Positions 48,262 through 58,354 of a DNA stretch of 64,000 bases are shown here, in pieces (the first letter of the stretch is position 1; the number at the start of each line of letters is the position of its first letter). The translations under genes were made by a program, and so were the position numbers. Under the pieces are notes generated by a model. The model was not told the origin of the DNA, made no database searches, and saw only the letters and a list, made by a program, of their open reading frames with translations. The DNA comes from Lachnospiraceae bacterium. GTDB taxonomy: Bacteria; Bacillota; Clostridia; Lachnospirales; Lachnospiraceae. Where the stretch lies: contig JBNMLH010000006.1 of assembly GCA_050875145.1 (NCBI GenBank), positions 41,592 through 105,591 of the forward strand, written 5' to 3'.

Positions 48262-48279
48262 TGTTAGTGAAAACTAACA
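48262..48279. repeat. Inverted repeat TGTTAGT-gaaa-ACTAACA (copy 1)
   Basis: Perfect 7-bp arms with a 4-nt spacer. A second copy lies at 48501-48517. Confidence 0.6.
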
Positions 48280-48299
48280 AATGTGTATAAATCATGTGG

Positions 48300-48358
48300 A
48301 CTCCTCCTATCTACTATATTGAAGAATGCTGAGCTTCAAGGATAGAGAGGAGTTTTTA
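48300..48358 (+). terminator. Second orphan terminator-like hairpin upstream of eno
   Basis: The outer stem ACTCCTCCTATC / GATAGAGAGGAGT has one bulge. The inner stem is TTGAAG / CTTCAA, followed by T5. Confidence 0.55.
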
Positions 48359-48500
48359 CTATAAACATAAGAAAGGAAATTTTACATAGAGATAAGTATA
48401 GATTATGCATAAAATGAGAAAAAAACGCAATAATATGAAATGGGGAAATATTGTCAATAATGCACTTGCGAAAAATAGGGAGATTTAGTAACATGATAAC

Positions 48501-48517
48501 TGTTAGTTAGGACTAAC
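48501..48517. repeat. Inverted repeat TGTTAGT-tagg-ACTAAC (copy 2)
   Basis: It has the same half-sites and 4-nt spacer as 48262-48279. It overlaps a 7-bp stem AGGACTA (48509-15) / TAGTCCT (48545-51). Confidence 0.55.
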
Positions 48518-48588
48518 GAAAAGTATGTGTTGGTTCCTAAAAAATAGTCCTTAGCTTTTTAATAATGATAAATTATATTCGCTAATGA

Positions 48589-49920
<1,332 letters not shown>

Positions 49921-49928
49921 TTGCTTTT

Positions 49929-49950
49929 GAGCATTGGATAGATGCTCTTT
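49929..49950 (+). terminator. Short hairpin terminator after eno
   Basis: Stem GAGCAT / ATGCTC is followed by TTT. It is weak on its own. Confidence 0.4.
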
Positions 49951-49980
49951 ACTCTATAGGAAAGTGCGTCCTATAGAGTA
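49948..49980. repeat. 19-nt motif TTTACTCTATAGGAAAGTG (copy 2), extended into a perfect 12-bp hairpin
   Basis: Bases 49948-49966 are identical to 40238-40256. Here TACTCTATAGGA (49950-61) pairs with TCCTATAGAGTA (49969-80). Confidence 0.7.
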
Positions 49981-50240
49981 AAACGCTCCGCGGGATGTGC
50001 AGACACATATTTTACTTAACGAGGTACGAGTTTAGTAAAATAGCGTACAGAGTAGATGCGAAAGGAAGATGGTTGCAAAAAGCGTGCAACCCGCATCTGG
50101 CACGCAAAGTGGAGCAAGTCCCTCATGAGTGAAGGATATAAGGAGTTGACGTGGACTTGTCCACTTTGTTCGGTGAAAAGATAATATTTAATGTACTCAT
50201 AGTAGAGGGTGTCGCATTGCAATGCGGCACTCTCTACTTG
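49950..50240 (+). ncRNA. Candidate structured RNA or MITE-like hairpin array downstream of eno (unclassified)
   Basis: Five consecutive strong hairpins lie within about 290 nt, with no long ORF. The last stem has two G-U pairs on the + strand that would be A-C mismatches on the - strand. Confidence 0.3.
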
Positions 50241-50412
50241 TTTATGGAGAAAACTATCTTATATTGACGTAAATTTGCAAATGTTTTAAAATAGATAACA
50301 GGAATTAGCTGGAAAGTTAAATAATACAAGTGAAAATTATGTACAGATGCAAAATTATTGGCAGTTGTGATGCCAATGAATGAGATGATATGTAGAAAGG
50401 AATTGTGAGAAA

Positions 50413-50934
50413 ATGAATAAATTATTAGAAACAATGAAAACAAGAAGAAGTATTCGTAAGTTTAAAGAGGATCCTATTCCTAAGGATGTTCTAGATCAAA
50501 TTATTGAAGCTGGTACTTATGCGGCAACAGGAATGAATATGCAGTCACCAATTATTGTAGCGGTTACAAAGAAAGAAATTCGTGACGAATTTTCTAAATG
50601 GAATGCAGAGATAATGGGGAAGGACATAGATCCTTTTTATGGTGCACCTGTGATTTTAATTGTATTGGCAAAAAAGGAAAGACCAACAGCAGTTTACGAT
50701 GGAAGCCTTGTTATGGGAAATTTAATGTTGATGGCACATGAATTGGGAATGGGTAGTTGTTGGATTCACAGAGCAAAAGAGGAATTTGAAACAGAAAGAG
50801 GAAAAACATTTTTGAAAAAGTTAGGAATAGAAGGAGAGTATGAAGGAATTGGACATTGTGCATTAGGATATGTAGATGGAGAATATCCAGCGATGCTTCC
50901 AAGAAAAGAAGATTGGGTATATTATGTGGAGTAA
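50413..50934 (+). CDS. Nitroreductase family protein
   Basis: 173 aa. It starts METMKTRRSIRKFKEDPIP and has the FMN-nitroreductase family pattern (GSCWI). Confidence 0.85.
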   Translation: MNKLLETMKTRRSIRKFKEDPIPKDVLDQIIEAGTYAATGMNMQSPIIVAVTKKEIRDEFSKWNAEIMGKDIDPFYGAPVILIVLAKKERPTAVYDGSLVMGNLMLMAHELGMGSCWIHRAKEEFETERGKTFLKKLGIEGEYEGIGHCALGYVDGEYPAMLPRKEDWVYYVE

Positions 50935-50976
50935 CAGAAAATTTATCAATAAGGATATAGGAAAGGAAAGAATAGA

Positions 50977-52419
50977 ATGCAATTGGCTTATGTAATGCGA
51001 CTGGCAAAGCAGTATATGGCATTAGGCGCAATTGGAATGTTTGCGGCTATTTTAGTCATGGTGCTTTTTTCATTACTATATCAGAGGAAATATGATTTAA
51101 AAGATAGGAAACTTGCATGGTCTAATTTTGTAGCAACTGGATTACTGATTGGCTATTTAATTATTGTAGCAGGTGCAACATTATTAAGTCGTGGACGATA
51201 TGAAACTTCTCTCGCTCAGTTGAAGCTGTTTGAAACATATCAGGAAGCTTGGTATGATGCAGATATGGTAGGATGGAGAAATCTATTTTTGAATATTTTA
51301 ATGTTTGTACCAATTGGGTTTTTGTTACCTTTTACACTAAAGTGTTTTCGGAAATGGTGGCTAACCTATATAGGTGGCTTTATTATCACCTTTTTAATAG
51401 AAACTACCCAATATATATTTCGTTGCGGTGTATTTCAAACAGATGATCTGTTAAATAATTTATTGGGGGCTATGATTGGGTATGGCGGATTTTGTATTAT
51501 AATTTTGATAAAAAATAGTATTCTTCATCGAAATATTTGTTGGAGACGGGTTATTTGTAGTCAGATTCCGTTAATAGTAACAATTTCCTGTTTTTTGACA
51601 ATTTTTTTGGTATATCAAGTGAAGGAATATGGAAATCTTTCTTGTGAAAATATAAATACATACAAAAAAGTATCCATTACGGAAGCATCATCCTTAGAAG
51701 TTTCCAAGGAAGAAAAAGAAATAATGATTCGTAAATTACATGTTTATTCAAAAGAGGAGGTGTTGGAGCTTGCTCGGTCTATATTTTGGCAGACAGGACT
51801 TCAGCTAAATGCCTCAGATAGTTCCTTTTATGATACAAGAGCCACACTGTACAGTAAAAATCGACAAGCTGCAATCTGGGTAAATTATCAAGGAGGCACT
51901 TTTGATTATGAGAATTATTCACAGCAGTTTGATTCGCATGGAAATCCTATTGTAGTAGATGCAAATGCATCTCGTTCCGAGTTGGAAAAAGCACTTGAAG
52001 ATTTAGGCCTTACAGTTCCAACAGATGCTACTTTTGTAAACCAGGGAAATGGCTATTATAAATTTAATTTAGAACAATCAGAAGCAAAAGATACAGCAGC
52101 GGGATTTATTACTTGTTGTTATACGGTAAATGATATGATATCTAGCTTGCATTATTATATGATAGAAACGGTTGCCTATAAAAACTGTCGGATGCATTCT
52201 ACGCAAGATATATTGAAACAATTGAAAAACGGAAAATTTTTTAAAGTTGAAGCAGATGCGGATGGTCAAATAAATATGGCAGATGTTAAAGAGATAGAAG
52301 TTGAGAGTATAGATCAGAATTTATTGTTGGATTCAAAAGGATATTTTCGTCCAGTATTTCATTGTCAGGTAATTTGTGATGGGATAGAGGGATACATTGA
52401 TATTCCTGCAAAAAAGTAA
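50977..52419 (+). CDS. VanZ-like membrane protein with a large C-terminal extracytoplasmic domain
   Basis: The N-terminal ~190 aa are multi-TM with the VanZ signature (NILMFVPIGFLLPF...ETTQYIFRCGVFQTDDLLNNLLGAMIG). The C-terminal ~270 aa are of unknown function. Confidence 0.7.
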   Translation: MQLAYVMRLAKQYMALGAIGMFAAILVMVLFSLLYQRKYDLKDRKLAWSNFVATGLLIGYLIIVAGATLLSRGRYETSLAQLKLFETYQEAWYDADMVGWRNLFLNILMFVPIGFLLPFTLKCFRKWWLTYIGGFIITFLIETTQYIFRCGVFQTDDLLNNLLGAMIGYGGFCIIILIKNSILHRNICWRRVICSQIPLIVTISCFLTIFLVYQVKEYGNLSCENINTYKKVSITEASSLEVSKEEKEIMIRKLHVYSKEEVLELARSIFWQTGLQLNASDSSFYDTRATLYSKNRQAAIWVNYQGGTFDYENYSQQFDSHGNPIVVDANASRSELEKALEDLGLTVPTDATFVNQGNGYYKFNLEQSEAKDTAAGFITCCYTVNDMISSLHYYMIETVAYKNCRMHSTQDILKQLKNGKFFKVEADADGQINMADVKEIEVESIDQNLLLDSKGYFRPVFHCQVICDGIEGYIDIPAKK

Positions 52420-52479
52420 ACATTGTGTTCTGAGTATACGGCTAATACAGAATTTTTTGTGTATTATGGAAAAAAATGT

Positions 52480-52506
52480 TAAACTTATAGTGAAGAATGT
52501 CGAATA
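52480..52506 (+). promoter_or_regulatory. Possible sigma-D/sigma-28-like promoter
   Basis: TAAA (52480-83), a 15-nt spacer, then GTCGAATA. This is an imperfect match to TAAA-N15-GCCGATAT. Confidence 0.2.
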
Positions 52507-52591
52507 TACATATAAGCAATGGAATAGTATTTGATTATGTATAAGGAAATTTTATAATACTTAGGTAAAGCGTAGAAAAGGAGGAATTGTT

Positions 52592-53230
52592 ATGGTAAAC
52601 AATATGTCAAATGTAGTGACAGGAGCAATGACTAACACATATACTAGTACGAAGACAGAGAAAAAAGTGCAGAAAGAGGAAACAAAGCAACAGAAAGAAG
52701 ACGCTGGAGTTGTTTATGAAAAATCAGATAATACATCTTCGGATGAAAAAACTTCCTATTCTGTAAACAAAATGAGTAAAGAAGAGAGAAGTGCACTTGT
52801 ACAAAGGTTAAAAAATGATCAGGAGAACAGACAGAAACAATTAACTGATTTGGTACATAAGATGATGCAGAAGCAATCTTCTACATATGCTTTTGCAGTG
52901 AGCGGAAGTACAGATGATGATAGCATCTGGAAATTCCTGGCAAGTGGCGATTATACTGTGGATGCGGAGACAAAAGCGCAGGCACAAGCAGATATTGCGG
53001 AAGATGGATATTATGGTGTAAAACAAACTTCTGAGCGTATGTTTGATTTTGCATGTGCATTGGCTGGGGACGATGAAGAAGCAATGAAAAAGATGCAGTC
53101 AGCCATTGAAAAGGGATATAAGCAGGCAACTAAGGCATGGGGAAAGGAGCTTCCAAGTATATGTAAAGATACTTTGGATGCAACGAACAAGTTGTTTGAG
53201 GACTATTATGCATCTAAAAAAGCAGAATAA
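52592..53230 (+). CDS. Hypothetical protein (no recognised catalytic motif)
   Basis: 212 aa with a strong RBS (AAAAGGAGG). The N-terminal half is hydrophilic, and the conserved-looking C-terminal part is GYYGVKQTSERMFDFACALAGDDEEAMKKMQSAIEKGYKQATKAWGKELP. Confidence 0.6.
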   Translation: MVNNMSNVVTGAMTNTYTSTKTEKKVQKEETKQQKEDAGVVYEKSDNTSSDEKTSYSVNKMSKEERSALVQRLKNDQENRQKQLTDLVHKMMQKQSSTYAFAVSGSTDDDSIWKFLASGDYTVDAETKAQAQADIAEDGYYGVKQTSERMFDFACALAGDDEEAMKKMQSAIEKGYKQATKAWGKELPSICKDTLDATNKLFEDYYASKKAE

Positions 53231-53262
53231 GTGAAAAATAGTTAAGAAAGGAGGTAAGTGTT

Positions 53263-53970
53263 ATGAGAGGATTTAATTATTTTTCTGGATTGTTCGGTTC
53301 TTCTGGTAATACCGGAAATGGTTTGTCTGGTCTTTATAGTAGTTTAGGTGATTATAATACTATTAGAAGTGGATCATATAAAAAGCTATTATCTGCATAC
53401 TATAACAATGTGGATACTAAAAAAGATAGTAGCTCAAAGAAGATAAAGAAGAATACAACAAAAGTAGAGACAGAATCACAACAATATACTACGACAAAAA
53501 AATATGCAGATAAACTGACAAAAGCAAGTGAAGCACTGGTTGGAAATAAGAAAGCAGATTTATACAAAGAAGGAAAAGAGGATGAGTTAGTAGCTGCTGT
53601 AAAGTCGTTTGCATCTTCTTATAATACATTGGTTGAAAATACGTCATCAAGTAATGCAACTTCTATTTCTGATATTGCAAGTACAATGGAGAGTAATACC
53701 AGAGCATATTCTAAAAGTTTAGAGCAGATTGGAATTAAGGTAGGAAAAGACAATAAACTTACAGTAGACAGTGAGACTTTAAAGTCTGCTGACAAAGCAA
53801 CTGTGAAAAACCTGCTGGGAGGTACATCTTCTTTCGTAGGTTCTACTATGAGACTTTCTGCACAAGTGGGAGCCGCAGCGGTTACAGCAGAAAAGAGAAT
53901 ATCTACATATAATTCATCAGGTTCATATTCATCACTTGACTTGAATAAGTATTTTGACGGATTATTTTAA
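53263..53970 (+). CDS. Hypothetical protein with weak FliD-terminal-helix-like stretches
   Basis: 235 aa with a strong RBS (AAAGGAGG). It is Ser/Thr/Lys-rich. GSYKKLLSAYY and LEQIGIKVGKDNKLTVDSETLKSA recall FliD end segments. Confidence 0.55.
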   Translation: MRGFNYFSGLFGSSGNTGNGLSGLYSSLGDYNTIRSGSYKKLLSAYYNNVDTKKDSSSKKIKKNTTKVETESQQYTTTKKYADKLTKASEALVGNKKADLYKEGKEDELVAAVKSFASSYNTLVENTSSSNATSISDIASTMESNTRAYSKSLEQIGIKVGKDNKLTVDSETLKSADKATVKNLLGGTSSFVGSTMRLSAQVGAAAVTAEKRISTYNSSGSYSSLDLNKYFDGLF

Positions 53971-54108
53971 AAAAGTAATTATAAATAGTATAATGGACAA
54001 TGGACAAAGGCATCTTAGAGGCACGGTGCATACTGGCTTTTAAGGTGCTTCTGTTTTGTTTTTGTGTATTTGTTTGTATGGGAAAGAAAAAAGGAGGAGG
54101 AGAAGATA

Positions 54109-54624
54109 GTGAATCGTATACGTGCATTGGCGATATTGGGGCTTACACAGATGGCTACAAAAGAGCAGATAAAAAAATCCTATCGGGAATTATGTAAAAA
54201 ATTACATCCGGATGATAATCCTTCTGAGGAGGCATTAAAACAATATTTATTAGTGCAGAGTGCTTATGAATATCTTAATGCGAATGAGTTTTTCAATGAA
54301 GCTTCGATAAAACCGCACATATATGGAAATACTACTTCAAATTATGTGAGAACCGGAGAAGTAATTGGGGGATGGCAGGTTTCGCAACCTAATTATTCAG
54401 ATAGACAGTATCAGCAAGTACAACTAAAAAAATTGGAAGAAGAAAGAAAACAGAAGGAAAAAGAGGAAAAGGAACGAAAGCGAAAAATTTGGGAAGCAAT
54501 GCAGAAAAGCAGAAAATTGCCATCGGAACGGGAAGCAGAAAAGTGGAAAAAAATTGAACAAAAAAGAGAAGCAGAGCGAATTGCTAAATTAATTCAGCAA
54601 TTGATGAGTTTGGATGATTTATAG
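54109..54624 (+). CDS. J-domain (DnaJ-like) protein with a Lys/Glu-rich C-terminal tail
   Basis: GTG 54109 follows AGGAGGAGGAG. The J-domain is ILGLTQMATKEQIKKSYRELCKKLHPDDNP, containing HPD. It has no Gly/Phe or zinc-finger regions, and the tail is KKLEEERKQKEKEEKERKRK. Confidence 0.7.
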   Translation: MNRIRALAILGLTQMATKEQIKKSYRELCKKLHPDDNPSEEALKQYLLVQSAYEYLNANEFFNEASIKPHIYGNTTSNYVRTGEVIGGWQVSQPNYSDRQYQQVQLKKLEEERKQKEKEEKERKRKIWEAMQKSRKLPSEREAEKWKKIEQKREAERIAKLIQQLMSLDDL

Positions 54625-54687
54625 TGGAAAATAAAGTACAGATTGTCTATAATAGTGTTTGAGAGATAGAGTAGGAGGAAAAGATTA

Positions 54688-55122
54688 TTGAGAGAAGAAA
54701 ATTTGGGAGAAGAGTTGTATAATCTTTTAGCCGAGGTGCTAAACCGAAAAGAAAATCGGATTGTGTTGGACAGCATCAGAGGAGAATATGGAGTTTTACG
54801 GTATTTAATGTATGTGGAAGATCAAGTTAGTGCGGGAGAATTAACAACGCAGTTGCATGTAGTGCCTGGCCGCATGACGGATATATTAAATAGTTTGGAA
54901 AACAAGGGATGTATTACAAGAAAAAAAGATGAGGAAGATTTGAGGAGACTAAAGGTTTGTATCACAGAAAAAGGACGAGAGGAAGAAAGCAAAAAAAGAA
55001 AATCCATAAAAGAAGAGTATCAGGGAATGTATGAAATACTTGGAGAAAAAGATACAGAGGAACTGATACGTTTGTTAAAGATTGTTTTGACATATCCCGG
55101 AAATGAAGAACAAAAGAGTTGA
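54688..55122 (+). CDS. MarR family transcriptional regulator
   Basis: 144 aa with a TTG start after GGAGGAA. The winged-helix pattern is GELTTQLHVVPGRMTDILNSLENKGCITRKKDEEDLRRLKVCITEKG. Confidence 0.75.
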   Translation: MREENLGEELYNLLAEVLNRKENRIVLDSIRGEYGVLRYLMYVEDQVSAGELTTQLHVVPGRMTDILNSLENKGCITRKKDEEDLRRLKVCITEKGREEESKKRKSIKEEYQGMYEILGEKDTEELIRLLKIVLTYPGNEEQKS

Positions 55123-55270
55123 TTCCTTCTTTTGTTCTTTTGGATTCTGTGGTAAAATAGATAAGATATTGAAAGTATATGTTGACTTATGTAAATTGTA
55201 TTGTCATGTAAAGAGATAAGCAAAAGAATAGAAAAAACGCTTATGAGTGTGAATATTGGGAGGAATAGCT

Positions 55271-57019
55271 ATGGCAATCAAAGGAACTGAATTATTTGTA
55301 AAAGCTCTTATTGAAGAGGGTGTAGACACGTTGTTTGGGTATCCGGGTGGACAGGCAATTGATTTATTTGATGCATTGTATGACCAGGATAAAATTGAAG
55401 TGATTTTGCCAAGGCATGAACAGGCGTTGATTCATGCAGCGGATGGATATGCACGTTCTACAGGTAAAGTAGGCGTCTGTCTTGTAACCAGTGGACCTGG
55501 AGCAACAAATCTTGTGACAGGAATTGCTACTGCAAATTATGACAGTGTACCATTAGTGTGTTTTACTGGACAGGTTCCGTTAAATTTAATGGGAAATGAT
55601 GCATTTCAGGAAGTAGACATTGTGGGTGTTACAAGGGGCATTTGTAAATATGCGGTTACTGTACGTGATCGAGAAGAACTGCCACGAATTATCAAGGAAG
55701 CATTTTATATTGCAAGTACAGGACGTCCGGGACCTGTTGTGGTAGATTTGCCAAAGGACATACAGCAGGAACTGGGTACAGAGGAATACCCTACGACAGT
55801 GAATATTCGAGGATATAAGCCAAATGATGCAGTACATATGCGTCAAATAAAAAAAGCAGTTCGTTTATTACATGATGCAAAGCGTCCGTTATTTTTAGTT
55901 GGTGGTGGTGTTAATATTGCACATGCCAATAGAGAGATGACGCAGTTAGTGGAAAAAACAAATGTTCCAATTATAACTACTATTATGGGAAAAGGTGCAG
56001 TATCATCGCAACATAATATGTATCTTGGGAATATTGGTATTCATGGAAGTTATGCGGCTAATCATGCGGTAACAGATTGTGATTTACTATTTTCGATAGG
56101 AACACGTTTTAACGATCGAATTACAGGTAAAACAAGTGAATTTGCAAAAAATGCTACGATTGTACATATTGACATTGATGCGGCATCTATTTCGAAAAAT
56201 ATTGCGGTAGATGTTCCAATTGTTGCAGATGCAAAACTTGCGATTGAAGCAATTCTTGATGTGTTAAAGAATAAGACTGTTGAGACTCCATACCAAACAG
56301 AACGGGAAGAATGGTTAAAGAAGGTATTGGATTGGAAAAGAAAATATCCAATTCGTATGAAACAGCAGGAAGGGTTGACACCAGAAAAGGTCATTCGCAC
56401 AATCAATAAACGATATAAAGATTCCATTATAGTTACTGATGTTGGACAAAATCAGTTGTGGACTACGCAGTATATTGATTTGGATGAAAATAGACAGTTG
56501 CTTACATCTGGTGGGCTTGGTACTATGGGGTATGGTTTCCCTGCTGCCATGGGAGCACAGCTTGGCAATCCAGAAAAAAAGGTAATTGCCATATCTGGAG
56601 ATGGCGGTTTTCAGATGAATATTCAAGAAATGGCAACGGCTGTTGTTTTGGAGTTGCCGTTGATTTTAGTTGTTTTCAACAATGGATATTTAGGAAATGT
56701 ACGTCAGTGGCAGGAGTTATACTTTAACAAGCGATATTCCAGTACATGTCTCAGATATCGCAAATCTTGTGAAAGAGATTGTATGAATCCAGACAAATCT
56801 TGTCCAAAGTATACTCCGGATTTTGTGAAACTTGCAGAGAGTTATGATGCGAAAGGTATTCGGGTCGAAAAAGAGGAAGATATTGAAAAGGCGTTTGCTT
56901 TTGCGGATGCAAATACAAAAGAGCCAACTATTATTGAATTCATTATTGATCCAAAGGCAAATGTATGGCCGATGGTACCGGCAGGAAATACCCTTGACAA
57001 TATGATTATGGATTGCTAG
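55271..57019 (+). CDS. ilvB: Acetolactate synthase large subunit (biosynthetic type)
   Basis: ATG 55271 follows GGGAGGAA. It has GYPGGQAIDLFDAL and the ThDP motif GDGGFQMNIQEMAT...NNGYLGNV. Confidence 0.93.
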   Translation: MAIKGTELFVKALIEEGVDTLFGYPGGQAIDLFDALYDQDKIEVILPRHEQALIHAADGYARSTGKVGVCLVTSGPGATNLVTGIATANYDSVPLVCFTGQVPLNLMGNDAFQEVDIVGVTRGICKYAVTVRDREELPRIIKEAFYIASTGRPGPVVVDLPKDIQQELGTEEYPTTVNIRGYKPNDAVHMRQIKKAVRLLHDAKRPLFLVGGGVNIAHANREMTQLVEKTNVPIITTIMGKGAVSSQHNMYLGNIGIHGSYAANHAVTDCDLLFSIGTRFNDRITGKTSEFAKNATIVHIDIDAASISKNIAVDVPIVADAKLAIEAILDVLKNKTVETPYQTEREEWLKKVLDWKRKYPIRMKQQEGLTPEKVIRTINKRYKDSIIVTDVGQNQLWTTQYIDLDENRQLLTSGGLGTMGYGFPAAMGAQLGNPEKKVIAISGDGGFQMNIQEMATAVVLELPLILVVFNNGYLGNVRQWQELYFNKRYSSTCLRYRKSCERDCMNPDKSCPKYTPDFVKLAESYDAKGIRVEKEEDIEKAFAFADANTKEPTIIEFIIDPKANVWPMVPAGNTLDNMIMDC

Positions 57020-57030
57020 GAGGAAGAAAA

Positions 57031-57522
57031 ATGGAAATGAAGAAGAGATGGGTATCACTTTATGTTGAAAATCAGGTTGGTGTACTTGCTAAAATTTCCG
57101 GTCTTTTTTCCGGAAAATCATATAATATGCAGAGTTTAACGGTAGGAGAAACGGAAGATCCTACGGTTTCCAGAATGACAATTGGAATGTTGAGTGATGA
57201 TGTAACCTTTGAACAAATTAAAAAACAGTTAAATCGTTGCGTAGAAGTAATTAAAGTAGTAGATTTTACTGTTGCAGAAACAAGAATGCGTGAGATTTTG
57301 TTTATTAAAGTTATTGGGTGTTCCTTGGCTGATAAGGAAGAAATTTTTCGAATTGCGCAGGTATTTAATCTAGATGTGGTAGACTACCGTGGTGGAACGT
57401 TATTAGTTGAGTGCATTAAAAGTGAAGATGACAATAACGAAGTGGTAGCATTATTCAATCGTACATTCCCAAGTCGAATTGAAGTTGTACGCGGTGGAAA
57501 TGTGGCGATTGAAAGAGCGTAA
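57031..57522 (+). CDS. ilvN: Acetolactate synthase small (regulatory) subunit
   Basis: ATG 57031 follows AGGAGGAA. The ACT domain starts VSLYVENQVGVLAKISGLFSGKSYNMQSLTVGETEDPTVSRMTI. Confidence 0.9.
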   Translation: MEMKKRWVSLYVENQVGVLAKISGLFSGKSYNMQSLTVGETEDPTVSRMTIGMLSDDVTFEQIKKQLNRCVEVIKVVDFTVAETRMREILFIKVIGCSLADKEEIFRIAQVFNLDVVDYRGGTLLVECIKSEDDNNEVVALFNRTFPSRIEVVRGGNVAIERA

Positions 57523-57615
57523 CTGACATTAAAACTTAAAATTGTAAATGATAATCTGTAGCTTAAAAAGTGAAGATATAGGTAAAAATAGTGGAATGGT
57601 TTATTGGCAGGTAAT

Positions 57616-57647
57616 AAAGCGGATTGCGAATATCCGCTTTTCTTTTG
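57616..57647 (+). terminator. Rho-independent terminator after ilvBN
   Basis: Stem AAAGCGGAT / ATCCGCTTT is followed by TCTTTTGTT. Confidence 0.7.
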
Positions 57648-57699
57648 TTCTGAGAAAAATATGTATGGGAAACAGGTGGCACAGATAGGAGGTTGTGAG

Positions 57700-58299
57700 A
57701 TGAACGAGGATCGACTAAAAAAACAGATGGAATTCTGTCTTGAAATTGATAAAGAAAAGCGAATTGGCAGACAAACCTATCGTTCGGACGGAGTACAGAA
57801 AGAAAATGATGCAGAACATGCATGGCATATGGCAGTGATGACATTACTGTTAAGTGAATATGCAAATGAAAAGATTGATGTTTTGCGTACGGTTAGTATG
57901 TTACTAATTCATGACCTAGTAGAAATATATGCAGGTGACACATATGCGTATGATGAAGAAGCAAAAAAGACGCAACGGCAGCGAGAACTGAGTGCAGCGG
58001 AAAAATTATTTTCTATTTTGCCTAAAGATCAGGGAAAGTTTCTGAGAGGTTTATGGGATGAATTTGAAGAGGGAACTACTGCGGAGGCAAAATTTGCGCA
58101 TACCATGGATAATTTTCAGCCGACTATGTTAAATGCGGCAACAGAAGGAAAAGGATGGGTAGAAAAGAAGGCGCAATTATCGAAAATTCTTGAACGAAAT
58201 AAGCATACAGAAGAAGGCTCTCAAACGTTGTGGAATTATTCTTTTCACAATTTTATTATGCCTAATGTGGAAAATGGAAATATAGCGGATGATAGATAA
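57700..58299 (+). CDS. HD-domain phosphohydrolase (YfbR-like 5'-deoxynucleotidase family)
   Basis: ATG 57700 follows TAGGAGG. The metal ligands are NDAEHAWHMAV and LLIHDLVEIYAGD. Confidence 0.8.
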   Translation: MNEDRLKKQMEFCLEIDKEKRIGRQTYRSDGVQKENDAEHAWHMAVMTLLLSEYANEKIDVLRTVSMLLIHDLVEIYAGDTYAYDEEAKKTQRQRELSAAEKLFSILPKDQGKFLRGLWDEFEEGTTAEAKFAHTMDNFQPTMLNAATEGKGWVEKKAQLSKILERNKHTEEGSQTLWNYSFHNFIMPNVENGNIADDR

Positions 58300-58354
58300 A
58301 AAGAATTACTTTTATGATATTTAATGATAAATCAGATGAGAAAGGACAGAGAAG

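Noticed and set aside
48262-48279. Interpreting TGTTAGTgaaaACTAACA as a Rex (redox repressor) box.
   Set aside because: Clostridial Rex boxes are TTGTTAA-N4-TTAACAA. Aligning the TGTTA / TAACA cores here gives an 8-nt gap rather than the 6-nt gap implied by the Rex consensus, so the half-site phasing is wrong. I kept it as an unassigned inverted repeat.
50016-50222. A 68-aa minus-strand ORF inside the structured region downstream of eno.
   Set aside because: It has no RBS. It runs antisense through four hairpins, and the G-U pairs in the last stem favour + strand RNA. It is more likely a by-product of the palindromic sequence.
55179-55211. A 10-codon ORF (MLTYVNCIVM) upstream of ilvB, considered as a branched-chain amino acid attenuation leader peptide.
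   Set aside because: It has only single Leu, Ile and Val codons with no tandem run. The RBS is poor, and no terminator/antiterminator pair follows. I also found no T-box elements (no AGGGTGGTACCGCG-like box) in the 148-nt leader.
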